DNA from: Shigella phage ESh32
Sequence record: ON528742
DNA length: 64,000 nucleotides
Strand: one strand, 5' to 3'
In this document: positions 18,091 through 27,060 of the stretch, piece by piece
How positions within the stretch are numbered: the stretch's first letter is position 1
How the letters are laid out: every line of letters starts with the position of its first letter
Notes under the pieces: generated by a model
Seen by the model: only the letters and a program-made list of their open reading frames with translations
What the model was told of the DNA's origin: nothing
Database searches by the model: none
Program-made: the position numbers and the translations under genes

Positions 18091-18333
18091 ATGACCAAGC
18101 GTAAAGAATATATGGAGGCTGCTGAAAAGGCAGTCCGTGAATTAGCAATAGCTTATTATAATGAACATGGTAAATTTCCTGATAGATACAGCGTGCTTAA
18201 ATCTGCTTTAACTCGTTCATATAAAAATATGCTATCAGAAGTAAGTGATATTATATACAAACATAAAGAACAAACGGGCCAAAGTCTTGATTACGACGAG
18301 ACTTTTAAACAAGTACTAGGAATTAAGGAATAA
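18091..18333 (+). CDS. hypothetical protein
   Basis: 80-aa ORF. Confidence 0.5.
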   Translation: MTKRKEYMEAAEKAVRELAIAYYNEHGKFPDRYSVLKSALTRSYKNMLSEVSDIIYKHKEQTGQSLDYDETFKQVLGIKE

Positions 18334-18334
18334 T

Positions 18335-18598
18335 ATGTTTAAAGTATATGGTTATGATAGCAGCATCCATAAATGTGTGTATTGCGATAATGCAAAACGT
18401 CTTTTGACTGTAAAGAAACAGCCGTTTGAATTTATCAATATTATGCCGGAAAAAGGTGTTTTTGATGATGAGAAAATCGCTGAGCTTCTGACGAAACTAG
18501 GTCGTGATACTCAAATCGGCTTGACAATGCCACAAGTATTTGCTCCTGATGGAAGTCATATTGGTGGATTTGACCAACTGCGAGAATATTTTAAATGA
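18335..18598 (+). CDS. nrdC: glutaredoxin-type thioredoxin NrdC
   Basis: 87 aa, CVYC active site; matches remembered T4 NrdC. Confidence 0.9.
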   Translation: MFKVYGYDSSIHKCVYCDNAKRLLTVKKQPFEFINIMPEKGVFDDEKIAELLTKLGRDTQIGLTMPQVFAPDGSHIGGFDQLREYFK

Positions 18599-18810
18599 TG
18601 CTCGAAGGAACTGACTATATTCACGATTACCGCGGAAGCGCGGTATATGTAGGTGATGAAGTTGCAGTTTATTATGGGTATGGAACTTTGATGACAGCCA
18701 AGGTTATTCAAATTAAAAATAATCGTGCTAAACTCGAAGTTTATTATTCTAATGGCGAAAAGTCTATTTCTAAGTGGAAATACGGCGATTGCATGGTCAA
18801 ACTGGGGTAA
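18595..18810 (+). CDS. hypothetical protein
   Basis: 71-aa ORF, ATGA overlap. Confidence 0.5.
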   Translation: MMLEGTDYIHDYRGSAVYVGDEVAVYYGYGTLMTAKVIQIKNNRAKLEVYYSNGEKSISKWKYGDCMVKLG

Positions 18811-18812
18811 AT

Positions 18813-18983
18813 ATGATTTACGATATTAATGTAGCAAGAGCTCCGTCAATGGTTACTATTCCTGCTGAAGAACTAGATCGTCTTCAGAAAATTGAAGAAC
18901 TTCTTTGGGAAATTGAATGTGACCTGCCATCAGGACTAGAATCCTGGATTGATGATGAAGAACTTAATAAATTGCGAAATTAA
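18813..18983 (+). CDS. hypothetical acidic small protein
   Basis: ORF 18774..18983; ATG at 18813 just after upstream stop. Confidence 0.45.
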   Translation: MIYDINVARAPSMVTIPAEELDRLQKIEELLWEIECDLPSGLESWIDDEELNKLRN

Positions 18984-18993
18984 TTGGTGAAAA

Positions 18994-19314
18994 ATGACTA
19001 TTAAAAATAAATTAGATGTTGATGCAGTTCTGAGCGAAATCATTGAAGACCATGATGCATTTTCGGAAAACTATGATTTCGATTTTTCCGACTATCTTAA
19101 ACCTATCGAAATAGAAGACTGGGTGCAAGATGGTAAATGTCAATATCGTCAGTGTGTTTACTTTAGTCCAAAACATAATGTACATGTAGCGGTAAATGAA
19201 TCTCGGTCAGGTTCTTATCATTCTGACTGGTATTATGCAGTTCCGACTGTTGAACTAGTCGAGCCCCATGAACGTGTAGTAACTCAGACAGTACGAGAAT
19301 GGATTACGCTATAA
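18994..19314 (+). CDS. hypothetical protein
   Basis: 106-aa ORF. Confidence 0.5.
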   Translation: MTIKNKLDVDAVLSEIIEDHDAFSENYDFDFSDYLKPIEIEDWVQDGKCQYRQCVYFSPKHNVHVAVNESRSGSYHSDWYYAVPTVELVEPHERVVTQTVREWITL

Positions 19315-19437
19315 AACCTTGGTGGGCGGCTAGATGGGAAACTGTAGAGCCAGAGCCGGAAGAACCGGTTTACACTGATGAAGAAACAATATATAATGAA
19401 CCAACGATAAATGACTTAATTGATATGGAGATGGGAC

Positions 19438-19923
19438 ATGATTACAGTAGATAAGTGGTTTAGAATTAATCGTGCTGATACAGGGCTGTGTAATTACTGG
19501 CCGGAACTTAGTGCAGGTACTGTCTTTAAAGTTCGTGAACTTGCAAAAGAATGTGAAGATGATATAGAGCCTGATACTGGAATTATTGAAATTGAACTTT
19601 CTGATGGAAAGATTATTAACATCTACGATAAGCCAATTACGTATTGGTGCTTGTGGAATACTGAATCAGTCGAAAATGGCGAAATTGAAGAAGTTGTAGA
19701 GCGAACTAATCAAGTTGTTCAGAAGCCTAAAGCCGATTTTCAAGGTGAACGTATTTCATACGCATTAGCTAAATTAGCTGCACAAGAAAATAACGATGGT
19801 TATGAAGGAAATTTGATGCAAGCTGCGGCAGAATATATTGAATGGCTTGAAACCCAAATTTCTTTTTCTGACCAAAAGATTCGGCAATATAAGCGATTGA
19901 ATCAAATGTTTTACAATACTTGA
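19438..19923 (+). CDS. hypothetical protein (position and 161-aa length consistent with T4 pin, unverified)
   Basis: ORF 19420..19923; ATG at 19438. Confidence 0.45.
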   Translation: MITVDKWFRINRADTGLCNYWPELSAGTVFKVRELAKECEDDIEPDTGIIEIELSDGKIINIYDKPITYWCLWNTESVENGEIEEVVERTNQVVQKPKADFQGERISYALAKLAAQENNDGYEGNLMQAAAEYIEWLETQISFSDQKIRQYKRLNQMFYNT

Positions 19924-19934
19924 AAATAATAAAT

Positions 19935-19959
19935 ACCCTTATCTATTTAAGGTAAGGGT
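19935..19959 (+). promoter_or_regulatory. stem-loop sequestering the gene 49 ribosome-binding site
   Basis: accctta / taagggt 7-bp inverted repeat, 11-nt loop; 3' arm contains the AGGG Shine-Dalgarno 6 nt from the ATG. Confidence 0.55.
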
Positions 19960-19964
19960 TTATT

Positions 19965-20438
19965 ATGTTATTGACTGGCAAATTATATAAAGAAGAAAAA
20001 CAGAAATTTTATGATGCACAAAATGGTAAATGCTTAATTTGCCAACGAGAACTAAATCCTGATGTTCAAGCTAATCACCTCGACCATGACCATGAATTAA
20101 ATGGACCAAAAGCAGGAAAGGTACGTGGATTGCTTTGTAATCTCTGCAATGCCGCAGAAGGTCAAATGAAGCATAAATTTAATCGTTCTGGCTTAAAGGG
20201 ACAAGGTGTTGATTATCTTGAATGGTTAGAAAATTTACTTACTTATTTAAAATCCGATTACACCCAAAATAATATTCACCCTAACTTTGTTGGAGATAAA
20301 TCAAAGGAATTTTCTCGTTTAGGAAAAGAGGAAATGATGGCTGAGATGCTTCAAAGAGGATTTGAATATAATGAATCTGACACCAAAACACAATTAATAG
20401 CTTCATTCAAGAAGCAGCTTAGAAAGAGTTTAAAATGA
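19965..20438 (+). CDS. 49: endonuclease VII (Holliday-junction resolvase)
   Basis: 157 aa; matches remembered T4 gp49 (MLLTGKLYKEEKQKFYDAQNGKCLICQREL...). Confidence 0.9.
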   Translation: MLLTGKLYKEEKQKFYDAQNGKCLICQRELNPDVQANHLDHDHELNGPKAGKVRGLLCNLCNAAEGQMKHKFNRSGLKGQGVDYLEWLENLLTYLKSDYTQNNIHPNFVGDKSKEFSRLGKEEMMAEMLQRGFEYNESDTKTQLIASFKKQLRKSLK

Positions 20439-22252
20439 CAATTGAAAAAGAAATTGAAGGATTGATTCATAAAACTAATAAAGACCTTTTAAACGAGAAT
20501 GCTAATAAAGATTCTCGTGTTTTTCCAACTCAACGGGACCTTATGGCTGGTATTGTGTCTAAACACATTGCCAAAAATATGGTCCCGTCTTTTATTATGA
20601 AAGCGCATGAAAGCGGAATTATCCATTTCCATGATATTGATTATTCCCCTGCTCTTCCATTTACTAATTGCTGTTTAGTAGATTTAAAAGGAATGCTTGA
20701 AAACGGATTTAAGCTAGGTAATGCGCAGATTGAAACTCCTAAATCAATTGGCGTTGCTACTGCAATTATGGCACAAATTACTGCGCAAGTTGCTTCCCAT
20801 CAATATGGCGGAACGACTTTTGCGAATGTAGATAAAGTACTTTCTCCTTATGTTAAACGCACCTATGCAAAACATATTGAGGATGCAGAAAAATGGCAAA
20901 TCGCTGATGCGTTAAATTATGCTCAATCTAAAACAGAAAAAGATGTATACGATGCATTCCAAGCTTATGAATATGAAGTAAATACTCTCTTTAGTTCAAA
21001 CGGACAAACGCCTTTTGTAACAATTACATTTGGTACGGGAACTGACTGGACTGAACGAATGATTCAGAAAGCAATTCTGAAAAATCGTATTAAAGGTCTT
21101 GGTCGTGATGGGATAACTCCTATTTTCCCTAAGCTTGTTATGTTTGTTGAAGAAGGTGTTAATCTTTATAAAGATGATCCGAACTATGATATTAAACAGC
21201 TTGCTCTAGAGTGCGCAAGCAAAAGGATGTATCCTGATATTATTTCAGCTAAGAACAATAAAGCTATCACTGGTTCATCTGTTCCTGTTTCTCCGATGGG
21301 TTGCCGTAGTTTCTTGAGCGTATGGAAAGATTCGACTGGCAATGAAATTCTTGATGGACGTAATAATCTTGGTGTTGTAACACTGAATCTTCCTCGTATC
21401 GCATTAGATTCTTATATTGGAACACAGTTCAATGAACAGAAATTTATCGAATTGTTCAATGAACGAATGGATTTATGTTTTGAAGCTTTGATGTGTAGAA
21501 TTAGTTCCTTAAAAGGAGTTAAAGCGACTGTTGCTCCTATTCTTTACCAAGAAGGTGCATTCGGGGTTCGTCTTAAACCTGATGACGACATAATTGAGTT
21601 ATTTAAAAACGGTAGAAGTTCAGTGTCTTTAGGATACATTGGTATTCATGAATTGAATATTCTTGTCGGTCGTGATATTGGACAAGAAATTTTAACTAAA
21701 ATGAATGCTCGTCTTAAGCAGTGGACCGAAAGAACCGGTTTTGCTTTTAGCTTGTATTCTACTCCTGCTGAAAACCTTTGCTATCGCTTCTGTAAACTTG
21801 ATACTGAAAAATATGGAAGTGTAAAAGATGTTACTGATAAAGGCTGGTACACTAACAGTTTCCACGTTTCAGTAGAAGAAAATGTTACTCCGTTTGAAAA
21901 GATTTCTCGTGAAGCGCCATATCATTTCATTGCGACAGGTGGTCACATTTCTTATGTTGAACTTCCTGATATGAAAAATAACTTAAAAGGTCTTGAGGCT
22001 GTATGGGATTATGCCGCACAACATTTAGATTATTTTGGTGTTAATATGCCAGTGGATAAATGTTTTACATGTGGAAGTACCCATGAAATGACTCCTACTG
22101 AAAACGGATTTGTTTGTTCTATTTGTGGAGAAACTGATCCTAAAAAGATGAACACAATAAGAAGAACATGTGGTTATTTGGGAAATCCGAACGAACGCGG
22201 ATTTAATCTCGGTAAAAATAAAGAAATCATGCATAGGGTTAAACACCAATGA
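20435..22252 (+). CDS. nrdD: anaerobic ribonucleoside-triphosphate reductase, intronless
   Basis: 605 aa; C-terminal Zn ribbon CxxC...CxxC and glycyl-radical motif RRTCGY. Confidence 0.95.
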   Translation: MTIEKEIEGLIHKTNKDLLNENANKDSRVFPTQRDLMAGIVSKHIAKNMVPSFIMKAHESGIIHFHDIDYSPALPFTNCCLVDLKGMLENGFKLGNAQIETPKSIGVATAIMAQITAQVASHQYGGTTFANVDKVLSPYVKRTYAKHIEDAEKWQIADALNYAQSKTEKDVYDAFQAYEYEVNTLFSSNGQTPFVTITFGTGTDWTERMIQKAILKNRIKGLGRDGITPIFPKLVMFVEEGVNLYKDDPNYDIKQLALECASKRMYPDIISAKNNKAITGSSVPVSPMGCRSFLSVWKDSTGNEILDGRNNLGVVTLNLPRIALDSYIGTQFNEQKFIELFNERMDLCFEALMCRISSLKGVKATVAPILYQEGAFGVRLKPDDDIIELFKNGRSSVSLGYIGIHELNILVGRDIGQEILTKMNARLKQWTERTGFAFSLYSTPAENLCYRFCKLDTEKYGSVKDVTDKGWYTNSFHVSVEENVTPFEKISREAPYHFIATGGHISYVELPDMKNNLKGLEAVWDYAAQHLDYFGVNMPVDKCFTCGSTHEMTPTENGFVCSICGETDPKKMNTIRRTCGYLGNPNERGFNLGKNKEIMHRVKHQ

Positions 22253-22719
22253 ATTACGATAGATTTTATCCTTGCGATTTTGTTAATGGCCCTGGTTGCA
22301 GGGTCGTTCTTTTCGTTACAGGTTGTTTGCATAAATGCGAAGGGTGTTATAATAAATCAACATGGAATGCTAGAAATGGTATTCCATTCACTGGTGAAAC
22401 ACTAGAACAATTAATTGAATGTTTGAATAATGATTATATGGAAGGATTGACTATAACCGGAGGAGACCCTCTCTATCCTGATAACCGAGATGTTATTCAC
22501 TCTGTAGTTCAAACTATTAAAAATCTTTATCCCAATAAAAGCATTTGGTTGTGGACAGGATATAAGTTTGAAGATATTAAACAGCTAGAAATGCTTAAAT
22601 ATGTTGATGTTATTATTGATGGGAAGTATGAGAAAAATCTTCCGACCAAAAAGCTGTGGCGAGGATCAGATAATCAGCGACTTTGGTCAAATACCGATGG
22701 GGTGTGGACACATGATTAA
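22249..22719 (+). CDS. nrdG: anaerobic RNR activating enzyme (radical SAM)
   Basis: CLHKCEGC radical-SAM-type Cys cluster; ATGA overlap with nrdD. Confidence 0.9.
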   Translation: MNYDRFYPCDFVNGPGCRVVLFVTGCLHKCEGCYNKSTWNARNGIPFTGETLEQLIECLNNDYMEGLTITGGDPLYPDNRDVIHSVVQTIKNLYPNKSIWLWTGYKFEDIKQLEMLKYVDVIIDGKYEKNLPTKKLWRGSDNQRLWSNTDGVWTHD

Positions 22720-22833
22720 ATTGAATTACATTATGGATACTATAAATGATATGATTTTTCATTTTGGTCCAGAATTTTATTCGCAATATAGTTTAGTGCT
22801 TATCAATGCTTGGTTAATTAATTAAGGGTAAAT

Positions 22834-23049
22834 ATGTATAAATTTCGTAAAGGTTTAGCTGATTTTCTTACAACTGTAACATTCTTTCTGTTTATGGCAG
22901 TTGGAGCTATTTTCCTTATTCCTTTTATTGCTGTATTTTTTGTGATTAGTTTAATTTCTCCAGAAAAGGGCTTATCTTCTAGTGAGTTCAATGAGCGTCT
23001 GGATAAAATTACTAACAAGCTGAATGCGGTTCTTGATAAAAAGGATTAA
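22834..23049 (+). CDS. small membrane protein
   Basis: 71 aa with one long hydrophobic segment. Confidence 0.5.
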   Translation: MYKFRKGLADFLTTVTFFLFMAVGAIFLIPFIAVFFVISLISPEKGLSSSEFNERLDKITNKLNAVLDKKD

Positions 23050-23051
23050 TT

Positions 23052-23363
23052 ATGATTAGTTTTGAGCGGTATGTAGTAGAGAGTTGGAATGGTTTTGATA
23101 TGTTCGGTAATGACTATTATTTCTATGAATGTAGTCTGAACCCAAGCTTCTGGGCTGGACGTGAACAAGACCTCGAAGAAATCAACGCTCGTGCCGATTT
23201 GTTAGGTGAACTGCCTACGGTTTATTTTACCTTTGATGAATCCGGCTTCGTTATCCAGGTTTATTTTCCTGAAGAAAACTCTGGTGAGGATTCTGTTAAT
23301 CCTCCTTATTGGGCTTACCAAGGAATTATTTCTCGTGGAACAAAACTCGAACTTAAAGAATAA
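23052..23363 (+). CDS. hypothetical acidic protein
   Basis: 103-aa ORF. Confidence 0.55.
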   Translation: MISFERYVVESWNGFDMFGNDYYFYECSLNPSFWAGREQDLEEINARADLLGELPTVYFTFDESGFVIQVYFPEENSGEDSVNPPYWAYQGIISRGTKLELKE

Positions 23364-23364
23364 G

Positions 23365-23658
23365 ATTGAAGTCTATGGAATTCCAGATGAAGTAGGTCGT
23401 TGTCCTGGATGTCAATCAGTTACAAAACTTCTAAAGGAGCTCAATGCTCCTTTTACTTTTTATAAAGTTCTTACTAATAATGGTAAGATTGAGTATGATC
23501 GTCCACTGATTGTATCTCTTGCCAAACGCGCCGGATTCACATCTCTTAATATTCGGTATCCTGTCATTTTCATTAATGATTCTAGACAAAAGAACATTAA
23601 ACACTTCAAAGAAACTCTCATTTCACTTGGATATGATAGAGATATCATAGAAGATTAA
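23365..23658 (+). CDS. nrdH: glutaredoxin-like protein (NrdH-like); start codon uncertain (no in-frame ATG near domain start)
   Basis: KIEVYGIPDEVGRCPGCQSV with CPGC redox motif; frame from track ORF 23206..23658. Confidence 0.5.
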   Translation: MEVYGIPDEVGRCPGCQSVTKLLKELNAPFTFYKVLTNNGKIEYDRPLIVSLAKRAGFTSLNIRYPVIFINDSRQKNIKHFKETLISLGYDRDIIED

Positions 23659-23661
23659 GAC

Positions 23662-23684
23662 GGGCCCTCTGGGCCTTTCTTTCT
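23662..23684 (+). terminator. probable intrinsic terminator
   Basis: ggccc-tct-gggcc hairpin + T-rich tract. Confidence 0.5.
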
Positions 23685-23756
23685 CGCATTCTGTATATTA
23701 CCATTCTAAGCTATCGTTCCCTTCTTGTCATTCCCTAAAATATTTTTCACAAAGTT

Positions 23757-23786
23757 GTTTACAACAAGTTCAAACCGTGGTATTAT
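23757..23786 (+). promoter_or_regulatory. T4-type early promoter with upstream A/T element
   Basis: tatttttcacaaagttgtttacaac ... ccgtggtattat. Confidence 0.6.
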
Positions 23787-23816
23787 TAACATATGAATTG
23801 CCTTTGAGGATTTGAT

Positions 23817-23999
23817 ATGGTTGTGGTTGATAAAGAAATTAAAAAGGGACAGTATTATCTCATTAATGGTAATGCTGTTCGTGTTACTCATGTAAATAGT
23901 TTTGAAGTTTGCTATATTATACTCAAGTTACATAAACGCATGATTTGCGATCGTGCTGCATTTAGTTCAGTTGCTAAGGAAATTAAACTCCATGGGTAA
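23817..23999 (+). CDS. hypothetical protein
   Basis: 60-aa ORF with GAGGA RBS. Confidence 0.45.
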   Translation: MVVVDKEIKKGQYYLINGNAVRVTHVNSFEVCYIILKLHKRMICDRAAFSSVAKEIKLHG

Positions 24000-24285
24000 A
24001 ACGTATCGTCGTAAAGACTTAAAAGTGCGTGATTATGACTATTTTGGAAAGCGTAAAGCTCCAGACGGTGTAAGTCATAAAGATATGGTTGAAAACATTT
24101 TTCGCTCAGATAAATGGCGTAGAATGAAAGGTATTGATTCAGAAGTTAAAGATGAGCTAAATCGCCAATTACGTGGTGAAGTAAGAAAGTTGAAAAAATC
24201 AGTTTACATTGACGATGATTTTGATTATAATACTTCTCAACTAGTTGCTAAGCGTAAATCAAACGAGTGCTATCGTTACAGCTGA
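23992..24285 (+). CDS. hypothetical basic protein
   Basis: ORF 23953..24285; ATG at 23992. Confidence 0.5.
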   Translation: MGKTYRRKDLKVRDYDYFGKRKAPDGVSHKDMVENIFRSDKWRRMKGIDSEVKDELNRQLRGEVRKLKKSVYIDDDFDYNTSQLVAKRKSNECYRYS

Positions 24286-24292
24286 GGAAAAT

Positions 24293-24424
24293 ATGAATAT
24301 CAAACGAATGCTTTTTAAGCAAGGGCTATATACTTTAAATGTTACTCCAAAAGGCGATACAACTAAGTGGTCAGTAAATGACTGGATTAAATTTATTGAT
24401 GAAAACGGTAACTGGAAAATTTAA
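24293..24424 (+). CDS. possible small protein
   Basis: 43 codons read from sequence; GAGGAAAA RBS. Confidence 0.35.
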   Translation: MNIKRMLFKQGLYTLNVTPKGDTTKWSVNDWIKFIDENGNWKI

Positions 24425-24625
24425 ATGAATCCTGAATCTATGTTATCGCAAAAGCTTCGTGAAGAACGCGCCAAATTTTTCCAGAACATGAAACACAATG
24501 GTATTGAGGATGAAGTTTTTCTAAATTGGTTCTGGAATAATAAGTATGCAGCATGCGAAGGAGCTTTGTCATTGTCAGTCGCAATGATGTACGAAGGCTG
24601 GAAGGGTGCCAAACAGTTTAGCTAA
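24425..24625 (+). CDS. hypothetical protein
   Basis: 66-aa ORF. Confidence 0.5.
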   Translation: MNPESMLSQKLREERAKFFQNMKHNGIEDEVFLNWFWNNKYAACEGALSLSVAMMYEGWKGAKQFS

Positions 24626-24642
24626 GGGCTTCGGCCCTTTTT
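24624..24642 (+). terminator. intrinsic terminator (AAGGGCUUCGGCCCUU hairpin)
   Basis: aagggcttcggccctt + ttt. Confidence 0.7.
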
Positions 24643-24677
24643 GGATAATAAAATTTTAACGTAATTGAGGATAATGT

Positions 24678-25004
24678 ATGACTATTCAAATTAAAAACGC
24701 CATCAATTCTTACGCATATGATAAAGTAGTTTCTTTGCTAGAAAAAGGCGATATTGTAACTCCTCAAATTTTGGATAAATGGGAAAAAGAGCTTCATCAG
24801 ACGATGAAACAGAATGATCAGAAAATTGGACGCAATACTGTCCGTGAATTGTTGGTTCAATATATCTTGTCAGAATTTGATGTTAAAGCTTTTGGTGTAG
24901 AATCTAAAGCTTATCAAAAGCATGAAATTTCCGATAAAACTATTCGTCGTATGAAAAATCAACGCAAGAAAAAATTTGCAGACCTGAAAATTACTAAGGT
25001 ATAA
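24678..25004 (+). CDS. hypothetical protein
   Basis: 108 aa; GAGGA RBS. Confidence 0.55.
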   Translation: MTIQIKNAINSYAYDKVVSLLEKGDIVTPQILDKWEKELHQTMKQNDQKIGRNTVRELLVQYILSEFDVKAFGVESKAYQKHEISDKTIRRMKNQRKKKFADLKITKV

Positions 25005-25006
25005 TT

Positions 25007-25222
25007 ATGAACGAAGCTCTTATTAACGATTTACGTCTTGCTGGGTATGAAGTAAATACAAATGGCATTGGTTTAACTCAAATTGAAGGAAATGGATTTA
25101 TCCTTGAGTATGAATTTAGCCAATGGTGGTTATACGCTAATTACGGCAAACTGATTGAATATGTCGATCAATTTGATTCACTAGATGCAGCTCTCGAAGC
25201 GGCTAAGTTGATGAATGTATGA
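25007..25222 (+). CDS. hypothetical protein
   Basis: 71-aa ORF. Confidence 0.5.
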   Translation: MNEALINDLRLAGYEVNTNGIGLTQIEGNGFILEYEFSQWWLYANYGKLIEYVDQFDSLDAALEAAKLMNV

Positions 25223-25488
25223 AATTTATTAATATTTCTATTACTATTGAAAATTATGGCATTTTCTATGTTGACCAATACATGAAAATTTCATTTTTCC
25301 CAAATAAGACTGGTGTTGGATATTGGGAAAGCCATGTTTCTGAATTAAATGAAAGTGAATATGTTAGTACACATGAAAAGTTTTTAGACTTTTTATATCA
25401 TGCTGATCTAACTAGTCATTATATAGATATTCATGAATTTAAAAAGATGATGGAGAAAGTATTCCAAGCATACTGTTTACTTAGATAA
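25219..25488 (+). CDS. hypothetical protein
   Basis: 89-aa ORF. Confidence 0.5.
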   Translation: MKFINISITIENYGIFYVDQYMKISFFPNKTGVGYWESHVSELNESEYVSTHEKFLDFLYHADLTSHYIDIHEFKKMMEKVFQAYCLLR

Positions 25489-25566
25489 CTGATATCCTCT
25501 ATGCTTTAAGATAGATCTTCAAATATTATGATATAATAGATCTATGAATTGAGCTAAGAGGTGAAA

Positions 25567-26124
25567 ATGTCAGAAACTAAGCCTAAATATAATTACGTAA
25601 ACAATAAAGAGCTTTTACAAGCTATTATTGATTGGAAAACAGAATTAGCAAATAATAAAGACCCAAATAAAGTAGTTCGTCAGAATGATACTATCGGATT
25701 AGCCATTATGCTTATTGCAGAAGGCTTATCTAAACGTTTCAACTTTTCAGGATACACCCAGTCTTGGAAACAAGAAATGATTGCAGATGGTATAGAAGCT
25801 TCTATTAAGGGGCTTCATAATTTTGATGAAACGAAATATAAAAACCCACATGCATATATAACTCAAGCTTGTTTTAATGCATTCGTCCAACGTATTAAAA
25901 AAGAACGTAAGGAAGTTGCAAAGAAATATAGTTACTTCGTTCACAATGTCTATGACAGTCGTGACGACGATATGGTTGCGTTAGTAGATGAAACTTTTAT
26001 TCAAGACATCTACGATAAAATGACGCATTACGAAGAATCAACTTATAGAACACCGGGGGCTGAAAAGAAAAGTGTTGTAGACGATTCTCCTAGTTTGGAT
26101 TTTTTATATGAGGCTAACGATTAA
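25567..26124 (+). CDS. 55: late-transcription sigma factor gp55
   Basis: 185 aa from ATG at 25567 (track ORF starts at GTG 25561); matches remembered T4 gp55 [24 protein letters not shown]... Confidence 0.9.
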
Positions 26125-26326
26125 CCTCTCCGGATTCTTGGAAGAAATACCTGAAGTTGAAGCTATTCCCTATTTACTTAAAATGTATCTCAGGGAAGTT
26201 TTAGCTCTTGACATTGATATTGATCCAGAAAATCCGTATGATACCGCTTTTAAATCTAATGGTGTAGAATTAAACTATCGGTATCATTTAACAGATGATG
26301 ATTTTTATTTTATATTAGAGAAATAA
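26108..26326 (+). CDS. hypothetical protein
   Basis: 72-aa ORF overlapping the 3' end of gene 55 by 17 nt. Confidence 0.45.
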
Positions 26327-26327
26327 T

Positions 26328-26645
26328 ATGACTGATAAACCCGAAATTAATGATGAAGTGGAAAAGCTTATTTCTTCTATTGAAGAAAAGAACCGTCTTG
26401 AAGCAGAAAGAAAAGCAAATAAGTTATTGTCTAAAAACAAACGCGAACTGAATCGTCTTTATAAGCATGCTCAGATTGCGGCTGAAAATAATAATTTTGC
26501 TCAATACGAATATGCTATCAAGAAAAGTCGGGATATTCTAAAACAGCCATATAACGATGAACTTATCAGTATTCTTTGGAAGACTACTAGATCGCAGATT
26601 GAGGATATGATTGATGCTTACACACGTAAAATTCAAGCGTCTTAA
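26328..26645 (+). CDS. hypothetical coiled-coil protein
   Basis: 105-aa ORF. Confidence 0.55.
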   Translation: MTDKPEINDEVEKLISSIEEKNRLEAERKANKLLSKNKRELNRLYKHAQIAAENNNFAQYEYAIKKSRDILKQPYNDELISILWKTTRSQIEDMIDAYTRKIQAS

Positions 26646-26817
26646 AATTAATGCAGGATTTACTGAATCTTTGAATGGTCATCTTTGTGTGAAAATTTCT
26701 GAAAAAGAATACCATGATAGTTCAATTAAAGAAGTTAATCCTCCTATTGTAAGAGCAGACCCTAATATGAAAGTGTGGGTTGATTCCTATCAAGTCAAAA
26801 AATGGTGGCAACTATGA
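26611..26817 (+). CDS. possible protein overlapping upstream gene by about 35 nt
   Basis: 68-aa ORF; no alternative downstream start. Confidence 0.35.
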   Translation: MMLTHVKFKRLKINAGFTESLNGHLCVKISEKEYHDSSIKEVNPPIVRADPNMKVWVDSYQVKKWWQL

Positions 26818-27012
26818 AAGATGAACACCCAGACTTCTGAAATAGATTATAATAAAATTCGTTCCTCTAAAGAGGAAATGATGAGACGCTTTAAAGAGTC
26901 TCATGATAAAGCTAAAGCAGAAGGAACTATAACATATAAGCGTATAAAATTTAGAAGCTCTAATGAGCCTCTATACGGTGTATTATGCGGATAGGAGCTT
27001 CAGCTCCTATAT

Positions 27013-27036
27013 TGCTTTATAAATTTTTGGTAAAAT
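27013..27036 (+). promoter_or_regulatory. candidate MotA-dependent middle promoter
   Basis: TGCTTTA box, 11 nt, then TAAAAT, upstream of alpha-gt. Confidence 0.4.
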
Positions 27037-27060
27037 AAACCAAAACAAAGAGGATATTAA

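Noticed and set aside
17819-18148. 109-aa minus-strand ORF
   Set aside because: Lies entirely antisense to two well-supported + strand genes, with no RBS; typical shadow ORF of AT-rich DNA.
19299-19454. 51-codon ORF between 18994..19314 and the pin-like gene
   Set aside because: Overlaps both neighbours and lacks a clear RBS; too weak to call.
22601-22825. 74-aa + strand ORF overlapping the nrdG 3' end
   Set aside because: Mostly an alternative frame of nrdG; only the last 37 codons (from ATG 22712) are non-overlapping and there is no convincing RBS, so it was not called.
23206-23364. Upstream extension of the glutaredoxin-like ORF (track ORF 23206..23658 start)
   Set aside because: The extension translates as Leu-rich low-complexity sequence and is the +1 frame of a plausible 103-aa gene; treated as a shadow frame, with the start anomaly reported instead.
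26878-26994. 38-codon ORF upstream of alpha-gt with AAGAGGAA RBS
   Set aside because: Short and unsupported by conservation I can judge; region may instead hold regulatory signals (hairpin at 26994, TGCTTTA box at 27013).
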